Source: Trichoplax adhaerens
Taxonomy: Eukaryota; Animalia; Placozoa
Assembly: GCF_000150275.1 (NCBI RefSeq)
Contig: NW_002060947.1
Coordinates: 976,695-1,040,694, forward strand
Direction: 5' to 3'
DNA: 64,000 nt
Part shown: piece after piece, positions 26,177 to 37,251 of the stretch
How the letters are laid out: every line of letters begins with the position of its first letter
Position numbering within the stretch: the stretch's first letter is position 1
Notes under the pieces: generated by a model
Database searches by the model: none
Told to the model about the DNA's origin: nothing
The model's input: only the letters and a program-made list of their open reading frames with translations
Translations under genes and position numbers: made by a program

Positions 26177-26910
26177 ATACGAGTAGCAAAAGAGCAAATG
26201 AGCGTAAGAGCAAAGCGTAGTACAGCATTTGACCTAGTAAGGCTTATACGAACACGGAATCGGATAGCTAAACTATTCGAGGCAGGAAAAGGTGATGGAA
26301 TGGCATCAGCTCAATTTGGAATATAAGCTCATGGACAACAAGTTGGAGTAGAAGCAATCCACTTTGACATAGTTTGGCATGTTTTTATTCAGCCCTAGTA
26401 ACTCTAGGTACCTGCTGCTGAGCTCTTTTTCAATGCAGTTGTTTGTATTTGCTAGCGATTGTGATGATAATTAGTTCATATCTCCAGATTAGAGAGTAGG
26501 GCATTAGCAGGCGTACGCCGATCCGTCGAGATAAATTACTGTTATTCATATACAAATTACTATTGTAAGAGAATCAATAAGTTATTGAAGTTAAGTGCAC
26601 TCTAGTGCCACATTAGAATTTTTAGTGTCTGCTACCGGGTTACCGCAAACACACTTGGATTAGCATATTTCCTTGGTAAGTGATTGCATCATGATTAGCG
26701 AAGTTGAAAGCCATAATTGTATCAATTTGATCCTATTATCACAGTAAAGTGAGAGAAATTGGTTTAGAGTTAAACTCATTTAGGTTATTGCTTTGATTTC
26801 TAGTTGTCGACGTACAACGTAAAACCGTCCTAGACAGTGCACAACCGCAGCAACAAGTGGACAAACAAGCAGCGATAGCATCAGCTAATTAATAACATCT
26901 TGTTTGGAAA

Positions 26911-28868
26911 ATGAAGGCCCGGACATTGATAGCTGGCTTCATTGGTATAACAGCCATCATCATAGCTTATGTAATGCTCAAACCTGAAAAGGAAGTGATT
27001 GTCAAGGCCAAGAAGAATCCTTGGTGGTCGGCAACACCACCACAGCAAGCCAATAACGATACAAGTATTCGACCATTTAAAGTTCATGTCGAGCAAAACG
27101 TATTGGATGATTTAAAAGCGAGATTGAATAATATTCGCACTTATCGTTCAATGCCTGGTTGGGATTATGGCACTCAGAGCCAATATCTCTTACCTATCAT
27201 CGAGTACTGGAAAAATGAGTATGATTGGAGAAAACAAGAAAAGATACTCAACAGCTTTGATCATTTTAAAACCAACATGTATGGTATCGATATCCACTTT
27301 ATCCATGCCAAGCCTAAAAGTGATGTTCAAACTAATTCTCTACCGGTCAAGGTAGTTTTATTAATTCATGGTTGGCCTGGATCTGTTTTCGAATTTTACA
27401 AAGCGATACCTATGTTAACCAAGCAAGGATACACTGTTGTTGCGCCTTCATTACCTGGTTATGGTTTCTCCGATGCACCAGAAGTATCAGGATTAGGTCC
27501 TGTCGAAACTGCCAGTATCTTTGCTAAACTAATGAATCGATTAGGTTACGAAAAATATTACGTTCAAGGCGGCGACTGGGGTGCAGCTATAGCTAGTGAT
27601 ATAGCAAAAATCGACACAAGGTTAAAAAGGAATATTGTAGTTCGATAGCCAAATATAATACTCCAGCTTAACATGGAACTGTTGCAATTTGCTCATTTCG
27701 TCACCTATTGTCATATCCTAGGCACTGTCGTGGAATCCACATTAATCTTATTGTAGCACAGTCACCCAATCCAATATATACTTATGGTGTAGGCAGTATT
27801 TTCCCTTCTTTGGTGTTTCCCGGTAACAACTAACAGTGATTATTAAATTTAAAGTCCTGAAATGGATATTTCTCGATGCTATCATCTACCGTCTATCCAT
27901 AAATTGAGATATAAAATAACAGTTGTAATTTCCAAGGAAATAACTCTAGGCTGCATGCAATAATACTGATCTTTTTTGCTTGATGTGATACTGCACATGT
28001 TGCAAATGCATATCACTCGTACCTTGCATAAATCAGTAATCTTACCAAAATGTATGAGCGTAGTATTCATGAGCATTTATGGTCTTTTCTGACGTTATAG
28101 ATCCAGAGGAAAGGAAGCGCCATCTGCCAGTTCTAGATCGTGCTTTGGATCTATTGCATGAAGCTAGTTACTTTATGATACAAAGTACTAGACCAGATAC
28201 ACCTGGATTTGCTCTTAATGACTCTCCTACAGGATTAGCTGCGTGGATCTTGGAAAAATTTGTTCGTTGGTCTGGTTGTGCCTTCGAAGAAGACTATACA
28301 GCCTGCATGGAAAAGAAATTTACAAAAGATGAGTTAATTACTAATGTCATGATTTACTGGGTAACTCAGAGTATAACGACTTCAATGAGATACTACAAAG
28401 AGTACTTTGCTAATGATATGGAAGCAAGAAAGTAAGTTAATTTAGCTGACTCATTAGTCATCTAAGCGTATGATAACAAATAATGAAATGAATAAGTGAT
28501 ACTTGAAAAATTCTTTAGTAATTTATGAATCATTATTAATTAAAATAGATCACGCTGTAAACCATTCATGTTTACTCATGAAAACTTATCCATATTTTAC
28601 TCATCAAAATTAATTTATCCATTGTTTCAGAGCGAAAGTTTTAATCCCTACAGGTATAGCTGATTTTCCATATGAATTGGTCCGGCCACCTCTTTCATGG
28701 ATTAAGCACCTATTCAAGCAAGTTATTACGTATAACTCTATGCCTGAGGGAGGCCATTTTGCTGCTTTAGAAAGGCCAAACTTGCTAGTACCAGATTTTA
28801 TTAATTTCGTGACTAAAACTGAAGAACTATATGCGCAGGACAAAATAGAAATACCACAAGCAAACTGA
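26911..28868 (+). CDS. EPHX1: Microsomal epoxide hydrolase (EPHX1/JHEH family), copy 1; exons 26911-27620, 27722-27822, 28101-28431, 28631-28868
   Basis: N-terminal TM, EHN domain (IRPF..YW...YDWR), HGWP oxyanion motif, GGDWG nucleophile, lid tyrosines (EASYF, SMRYY), FPYEL acid and GGHFAALE histidine. Confidence 0.95.
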
Positions 28869-29465
28869 TCAGTTTTCTCCCATTATGATTGATATTAATT
28901 CATGCTACTTGATTACTGCAAAACTCGTCGATATACTTAGAATATTTACAAATATGATACTAGTACGTGTCTATTAATTCAATCACTGATGATACTCGTA
29001 GTTGATGGCGGTGCTAGTTATGGTATTAGTTAGCCGTATACTATGCAGTTGTCTACACCTCGGCATATTCAGATGGCCATATAATCGTGTTAGGATAGAT
29101 CATACAGTTAGATAGCGTTTGGTATACGCGTAGAACTATATGAACTAGGCATGTTAATATTACAACCTTGTAGTCTATGAAGATTGACGAGCTGACTAGC
29201 AATATGTATCAATAAAGACTTAGCTGAAAACCATTACAGTAGTCGTTTTCAAGGTTTACATGTTTGCACGCCAATAAAGGTCCACTGATATTGAGATACT
29301 GTCATAGGTATATTTTTTTTGTATTGTAGCAACAATTATGCTAGCACTTCTATCCTTAACTACTTCATTCCAATCTGGTCTACAACGACTTTAAAGTGCC
29401 AATGGTAGTAATGATCTCAATTACTGATACTACATCATAAGCTAGCAGATTTATAAAGTAATTGT

Positions 29466-29812
29466 AACTGATAGAAAGTTAGATCATTATCCGTACGTAC
29501 AGCATGACGTGAGAATTAAGGATAACACGGTCAATTTGGTTGATCTAATGAATCAATCAAATATTAGCTAACTTTGGGACATTTCCAATAACTACTCGAA
29601 TGTTATATCGTCATACGTAGAGTATAATGTAATAAGTGAAGATAATACTGTCCATTTGGAAGATTCCTTGAATATCGAGCATGGGCTCACTTGGACGTTT
29701 TAGTGATGACTGATAGAAAGTTAGATCATGATACAACTGTGTATAATATAATGTAATAAGTAAAGATAATACTACCATTTTGGAAGATTTAATGAATCCA
29801 TCGAGCATTGGC
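29466..29812. repeat. Short diverged duplication between the two EH genes
   Basis: actgatagaaagttagatcat at ~29467 and ~29709. The block taatgtaataagt.aagataatact...ggaagatt...atcgagcat is also duplicated. Confidence 0.65.
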
Positions 29813-30314
29813 CAACCAACGTTGGGGTTTAGTCATTGTATTATAATCAGATTTAGTGATAACTTATCCCGGAATGTAGGGCGTGTATAATTACAGTAGA
29901 GAAAAGAATCTCTAATTATGCAGTAGCGAGTTCAAGATTGCAACGGCGATGCCTGTGTATTTACCTTATAATAATGATTAATACATAGTTTCAAAAAAAC
30001 AAAATCGTTACCCCGTGGATCTGCTGCTATTGGAGGTATGGCCTTGTTGACTGAAACGCGGTACTGCAGATCTAGCGGCACTACATTACAATAATAATTC
30101 GATCAATGTATACGTTTATGATATGTTGATATATAAATAAGCAGTAAACAGTATTTATACAATATCTATGTAATGTTTATACAGTATATATATATTTATT
30201 ATATACTACTATGCATATATGTTATGGTTAATTCTAGGATTGTTTTGACTATATTTTTAATTTTTTGAGGATTAAAAATAAAACCTTGTCTAACCTTACC
30301 ATTCGCCACTAGCC

Positions 30315-31556
30315 CCCGAACTCGACTCCTAACCTTAAACACTTTACAAGTCTACCTCGTAAATTGACCATTCGGTCTACATATACATAATTGAGATAAT
30401 ATAATAGTGCTGTATATAGAGAGAGACACTGTATACAATATATACCCGAACTCGATCCATAATCTTAAACACTTCACAAGTCTACCTCGTAAATTGACCA
30501 TTTAGTCTACATATACATAATTGAGATAATATAATCGTACTGTACTGTATATAGAGAGGGAGACTGTATACTATATATAACTGAACTCGACCCTAATCTT
30601 AAACACTTTACAAGTTTATCCCATAAATTGACCATTCAGTATACATATGCATAATTGAGATAATATAATACTGTCGTACTGCAAAGAGAGCGAGAGACTG
30701 TACAGTACACAATATATACCTGAACTTGACGCTAATCTTAAACACTTTACAAGTCTATCCCGTGAATTGACCATTCAGTCTACGTATATGTAATTGAGAT
30801 CATACAATGGTACTGCATGGAGAGAGAGAGACTATATACAATATATACCCGAACTCAATCCCTAATCTTAAATACTTTTCAAGTCTATCTCGTAAATTGA
30901 CCATTTAGTCTACATACACATAATTGAGATAATATAATAGTACTGTATAGAGAGAGAGAGAGAGACTGTATATAATCTATACCCGTAAATTGGCCATTTA
31001 GTCTACATATACATAATTAAGATAATATAGCAGTAATGTATAGAGAGAGAGAGAGGGAGAGAGAGACTGTATATAAGATATACCCATAAATTGACCATTT
31101 AGCCTACATATACATAATTGAGATAATATAACAGTACTGTACTGTATAGTGAGAGAGAGAGAGAGAGAGAGACTGTATATAATATATACCCGTAAATTGA
31201 TCATTTAGTCTACATATACATAATTGAGATAATATAACAGTACTGTACTGTACTGTATAGAGAGAGAGAGAGACTGTATATAATCTATATCCGTAAATTG
31301 ACCATTTAGTCTACATAATACTGTACATAATTGAGATAATATAACAGTACTGTATAGAGAGAGAGAGAGACTGCCTATAATATATACCCGTAAATTGACC
31401 ATTTAGTCTACATATATATAAGTGAGATAATATACTGTACTGTATAGAGAGAGAGAGAGACTGTATATAATATATACCCGTAAATTAATCATTTAGTCTA
31501 CATATACATAATTGAGATAATATAATAGTACTGTATAGAGAGGGAAAGACTGTATA
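30315..31556. repeat. Tandem array (~80-125 bp units, ~13 copies) with embedded (GA)n microsatellites
   Basis: Unit core gtaaattgaccatttagtctacatatacataattgagataatata...gtactgtata(ga)nctgtata repeats throughout. Confidence 0.9.
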
Positions 31557-31920
31557 GACGACATTATACACAGTAAGCGAACTGTTTGCGATGAGTATCG
31601 GTTCTATTGGCAAATGTACACTATGTACACATACAGTACAACACAAACTAGATCATCTGGAAAGGCGTAGCCCATACTGTACTGAGTGTAAAGTATGCTC
31701 ACTCCATCTTAATCTTTAGCTAGGCCACGACAACGGCGTTGTTACGGCAATCTTTCCTAGCGCTAAGACGTTGTTATTGCTGTTAGGTAGACTTCAACTC
31801 AGCAAGTATCTTCATCGACAACGAGTGTATATCGATATTGGGCCATAATTAAGCAGCCTAGACTGAGATATCCCTGCAGTGACTACAAGAAGAGCAAATT
31901 AACTACGTTTTATTGGCAAG

Positions 31921-33855
31921 ATGAAGACTTGGGAATGGGCTACTGGTTTAGTTGGGAGTGAAACGATAGCTACTTTATCTTCTGTCTCGCCGTGGCAATG
32001 GGCTGCTGGCTTAATTGGCGGTACAACAGCCGCCGCCATAGCTTATATATCGCTCAAGCCTGAAAAGGTAGTGATTATTAAGGCCAAGGAGAATCCTTGG
32101 TGGTCGGCAACACCACCAGAACTAGCCAATTTCGATACAAGTATTCGACCATTCACAGTTTATGTCGAGCAAGATGTATTGGATGATTTAAAAGCGAGAT
32201 TGAATAATATTCGCAATTATCGTTCAATGCCTGGTTGGGATTATGGCACTCAGAGCCAATATCTCTTACCTATCATCGAGTACTGGAAAAATGAGTATGA
32301 TTGGAGAAAACAAGAAAAGATACTCAACAGCTTTGATCAATTTAAAACCAACATTAGTGGTCTCGATATCCACTTTATCCATGCCAAGCCTAAAAGTGAT
32401 GCTCAAACTAATTCTCTACCGGTCAAGGTAGTTTTATTAATTCATGGTTGGCCTGGATCTGTTTTCGAATTTCACAAAGCGATACCTATGTTAAACGAGC
32501 AAGGATACACTGTTGTTGCGCCTTCATTACCTGGCTTTGGCTTTTCCGATGCACCAGAAGTATCAGGATTAGGTCCTATCGAAACCGCCAGCATCTTTGC
32601 TAAACTGATAAATCGACTAGGATACGAAAAATATTACGTTCAAGGCGGCGACTGGGGTGCAGCTATAGCTAGTGATATAGCAAAAATCGACACTAGGTTA
32701 GAAAGAACAAAAATACCATGGTCGATAGTTGAACTTATGCCCTAGCTTAACCAAGAATTACATTTTGCTTATTTATTGTCTTATGACCTGTAGGCACTGT
32801 CGTGGAATACACATTAATTTTGTTACCACCATGGCCCCCAATCCAATTTATACTTATGGTGTCGGCAGTATTTTCCCTTCTTGGGTGTTTCCAGGTAGGA
32901 ACAACTATTTCTTTATGGCATCTTACGATCTACTACACCCATCCATGGCATCACATAGATAGCAGTTCAATTTCTAAGAAAATAGCTCTATATTGCATAG
33001 AATATTATTCCAATTTTTACTTTCTGTCGTGTTTGCAGTCAATATAATCTTCCGGGGGGTACCCTTATGTCATCAGTTATTTTACTATAATGTATGAGCA
33101 TAGTATCCATTTGCATTCATGATCATTACTTACGTTTTAGATCCAGAGGAAAGGAAGCGCCATCTACCGGTTTTAGCCCGCATAATGGATTTTGTTCATG
33201 AAGCTAGTTACTTTATTATACAAAGTACTAGACCAGATACACCAGGCTTCGCACTTAACGACTCTCCTATAGGATTAGCTGCGTGGATCTTGGAAAAATT
33301 TGTTCGTTGGTCTGGCTGCGCCTACGAAGAAGACTATACGGCTTGCATGGAAGAGAAATTTACAAGAGACGAGTTAATTACCAATATCATGATCTACTGG
33401 GTAACGCAGAGTATTATGACTTCGATGCGATTTTATAAAGAGTGTCTCGTTAATGATATGGATGCAGGAAAGTAAGTTAGCTTATCCTATCGATCCGTCA
33501 TCCAAGTAGAGGATGATGAAATCATTGTACTACTATAACTTAAAGGAACAGGTTAAGCGCTAAACTAGAGATATTTTACTAATTAACAGTACCCATCCAT
33601 TGTTTCAGAGCCGAAGTTCTACTCCCTGTAGGCATAGCTGATTTTCCGTATGAAATGGCCAGGCCACCTCGTCGATGGGTCCGCCACCAATACAAGCAAA
33701 TTATTACCTACAACACTATGCCTGACGGAGGCCATTTTGCTGCTTTGGAAAAGCCAAACTTGCTTATACCAGATTTTCTGCAGTTCGTGGCTAAAACTGA
33801 AGAATTATATGCTCAGAAAAAAATAAATATACCACCAGCAGTTGATCCCATGTAA
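31921..33855 (+). CDS. EPHX1: Microsomal epoxide hydrolase, copy 2; exons 31921-32696, 32794-32894, 33141-33471, 33609-33855
   Basis: Same motifs (HGWP, GGDWG, EASYF, SMRFY, FPYEM, GGHFAALE) and the same intron positions as copy 1. Confidence 0.95.
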
Positions 33856-34457
33856 CATTGCAAAATAGATACTACTTTTGTCACATTTAGCTAGTAAAAT
33901 TAGATAAACTGAATAGCATTTATAAAATAGCAGATTATCACTTTTCTTTTGATTCAATATTGATCATGGTGATGTTTGAAATTTTCTTATTTATACTTAG
34001 TAAAGTCCAGTAGCAGTAGAGTAACATTATAGGTAAAATGAATCATAGCAAGATAACGTCTCAGGTATCCACTTTTTTTTAGTAAAGAAACCAGGTGTTA
34101 GCACCAATAGTCTTCATCATACCTGTTGGCTTACTCTCATGCTCTGTCAGTTTTATCGCTAATTTCCAAGATTGCAATGTTTTTAGCACTCGCACAACAC
34201 TTTGGATAGAACCAATGCACTACCAACTGTGGTACTGTTTTTGTTGAGTGAAAATATGTATTTTAAATTGCAGACAGCTTACCGTTAGCGATAGATTACT
34301 ATCTGACGCAATAAGAATTTGTTTGTGCAAGAAAAAATTGTATTTTGATAACTCATTTTATTGGCAATAAAGATAAAATTTGGTTAAAGTCATTTTGTGA
34401 TGACAATGATATGTGTACTGGCATTATCGACGATCATCACAGAGCAATACTGCTATA

Positions 34458-34895
34458 ATACTCAGTAGGCTAATTCATTGTTCATGCAAGAGAGCTATGC
34501 AAGTAATTTGCACGTTTTAAGGCAAAATGCAAAGCCGAATGATATTGCAATAGCCGATGTAGTAAAATTATATTATACTTGGCCATCACTCTATTTCAGC
34601 TTTATACTCAGTAGGCTAACTCATTGTTCATGCAAGAGAGCTATGCAAGTAATTTGCACGTTTTAAGGCAAAATGCAAAGCCGAATGATATTGCAATAGC
34701 CGATGTAGCAAAATTATATTATACTTGACTATCACTCTATTTCAGCTTTATACTCAGTAGGCTAACTCATTGTTCATGCAAGAGAGCTATGCAAGTAATT
34801 TGCACGTTCTAAGGCAAAGTGTAAAGCCGAATGATATTGCAATAGCCGGTGTAGTAAAATTATATTATACTTGACTATCACTCTATTTCAGCTTT
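34458..34895. repeat. 146-bp tandem repeat, 3 copies
   Basis: ctcagtaggctaa.tcattgttcatgcaagagagc at 34461, 34607 and 34753. Confidence 0.95.
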
Positions 34896-35309
34896 AAACT
34901 ACGATTGGTAGTAACTATGCTAAATTTAGCCAGTAGATTCGCAAAAATAAATGATAGAGGCTAGTTAGAAGGATCAAATGAAAAAACAAGTTGACAATAA
35001 GTTGATTTCTATTTAATATAGTGGTAAGTTGAAGTTTAAAATGATGGTGAAAAAAATTTCAATAATATATGTATGATATCTATGGTAATATGAGTTAAGC
35101 AATCTACGCACCTTCATAGTCTAACCTCTCAAGAAATGTGTATCGAATTTATTGATGGTGCTACAATATTATAAAACTAGACAACGATGGAGTAGCAAAA
35201 ATAAATTTAAATGCTACATACAACACTAAAGTCTTCTAGAATTGCAACGGTGTTTTCATCAGCCAAACGCTTAAATAGTATAGCCTGATAGCATTAACAT
35301 GCTAATTGT

Positions 35310-36785
35310 CTATCTCTTCCTAAAGCCTACGTGTACACCATTAGCGGGAGACAAGGTAGTACCGCATTTTAATTGTATCGGTACATCCGTCTCTTTAGTT
35401 ACAATTAATTCTACCTTTTGTAAAATTTTAACTATAGCTAATTTAACTTCTACCATGGCTAATCTCATTCCGATGCAATTGCGTGGCCCATTACCAAATG
35501 GAAGATAGGTACATGGATCACGTTTCGATTTCTCTTCGGATGTAAATCGCTCCGGTCTAAATTGTTCTGGTTCAGGCCAAATTTTAGGATCATGATGAAT
35601 TGCGTAAACAGGGATGCCAATCATAGCCTCTTTTGAGACTTGAAGACCATCAATTTCCATATCTTCTTTTATATCGCGATTGAAATGGAAAACAGGCGGA
35701 TACATTCTTAATGTTTCAGCGATTACCATTTCTAAATACGGTAAATCGCCTACACTATCGTAATCTACTGAATCAGTTTCGCTCAATTTGTCGCTTATTT
35801 CGTCAAAGACTCGTTGTTGTATCTCAGGATTTGTTGCTAACGAGTGGGTTGCAAATGCTAGTGCATTTGCTGTAGTTTCGTAACCTGCTCCAAGAAATAA
35901 TAATGCTTGAGCAACAACCTCCTTATCGTTTAACTTGTCGCTATCGCCAGCTTCCAACATTTGTTGTAAAATATCTCTACGACAGGCTATACCTTGGGCC
36001 ATGTTTCTTCTTCTTTCTTTGATTACTTGTTTACAAGTTTTCACAAGATAATGTGTGGAATTCATAAATTGACCTCCTAATTTCGGTTCTAATACACGAA
36101 ATAAGGACGGTGCAAATATCAGTAAGAATTGTAAGGGGCCAGGAGAAATTTCAAACAGGCCTCTGGCAGCATTAGTTAACTTTTCTTCATGCTCTTTCGA
36201 TTCGAATTCTATACCGAATGCAGTTGCTAGAATCACTTCCATAGTAAATTTACCACAAGTTCTCCATAAATCGATCGATTGACCGTCTTGCTCTGCTTTC
36301 AGTATCGTTGCAACTAGGCGATCTCCAGCTTTATCAATAAAGGGCATAATCGCCTTTAATTTTGAAGCACTAAACGTAGGCAATAAGATATTCCGGATAC
36401 GTTTCCAATCGGTGCCTTTAAGTTCGAGCAACATTTCACCAAAAGGCTCAATACCATTTACCAAAGAATAGCGATCGGAAAAATTAGAAAAATTCTTAAT
36501 ACAAACCGATTTTAAAAGATTGGGTTCGCTCACCCATATAGCAGGTATAGAGAAAAAGAGACCACCATAAACACGACCGTATTTTTCTTGATTTTTTAAC
36601 TGACCAAGATGTTGTACGGCAGGGTGATAATCCATTAGGTTACCAACAATAGGTTTAGGAAATGGAACTTTCAGGCCTAACTTCCTCAACAGACGATAAG
36701 GTCTAATCCATGATTTGTACAAGTACCAAGCTAGACCAACTAGAACAAGTTGTAGTATCTGCGATGTCGAAGGTATCCAGTTCAT
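35310..36785 (-). CDS. Cytochrome P450, clan 3, intronless (CYP-C); inverted paralog of CYP-B
   Basis: 491-aa ORF with all P450 motifs, collinear with and highly similar to 12835-14310. Confidence 0.95.
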   Translation of the reverse strand: MNWIPSTSQILQLVLVGLAWYLYKSWIRPYRLLRKLGLKVPFPKPIVGNLMDYHPAVQHLGQLKNQEKYGRVYGGLFFSIPAIWVSEPNLLKSVCIKNFSNFSDRYSLVNGIEPFGEMLLELKGTDWKRIRNILLPTFSASKLKAIMPFIDKAGDRLVATILKAEQDGQSIDLWRTCGKFTMEVILATAFGIEFESKEHEEKLTNAARGLFEISPGPLQFLLIFAPSLFRVLEPKLGGQFMNSTHYLVKTCKQVIKERRRNMAQGIACRRDILQQMLEAGDSDKLNDKEVVAQALLFLGAGYETTANALAFATHSLATNPEIQQRVFDEISDKLSETDSVDYDSVGDLPYLEMVIAETLRMYPPVFHFNRDIKEDMEIDGLQVSKEAMIGIPVYAIHHDPKIWPEPEQFRPERFTSEEKSKRDPCTYLPFGNGPRNCIGMRLAMVEVKLAIVKILQKVELIVTKETDVPIQLKCGTTLSPANGVHVGFRKR

Positions 36786-36907
36786 GTTGTAGTTCTAATC
36801 TCGTGTGTAAATCGTTTCGATACAGTATATCTGACTAAATCAAACGCAGTATTAACTTTATATCTAGTGCTTTGAATTCAAAGCGATATCGATATTGACA
36901 CTAGGAA

Positions 36908-36920
36908 TGACCTTTAACAC
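36908..36920 (-). promoter_or_regulatory. Candidate nuclear-receptor element (DR1-like GTGTTA-A-AGGTCA; contains ERRE-like TAAAGGTCA)
   Basis: tgacctttaacac on the + strand, ~125 bp upstream of the CYP-C ATG. Motif match only. Confidence 0.35.
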
Positions 36921-37251
36921 GGCTTATAGGCAGCAAATAATGACCGTAGAGGCTGGAACAAGCCCTTTACTAATAAAGTCAATAGCTAGGATGGCATAGC
37001 ACTGCCATATTCCTATAGCCAGAAACAATTATACCGGTCATCATCATAACAATCAACATTGGCCATTAATTAATTTAAATAGACATTGTATATTATTTGG
37101 CCATTAATTATGCTAATATTATTTGATTCGCTATTGATCGATGGATATGTTATGGTTAATGTCAAAAAATGGCAATCGTATAGAATAATCGGTCAGCCTA
37201 TACGTTCACCGACCAAATGGTAATTCTATACGCCGGTAATTCTACTCGACA

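Noticed and set aside
27167-27355. Conserved alternative-frame 62-aa ORF in both EH genes (also 32243-32431)
   Set aside because: Explained by nucleotide near-identity of exon 1; no independent coding signal.
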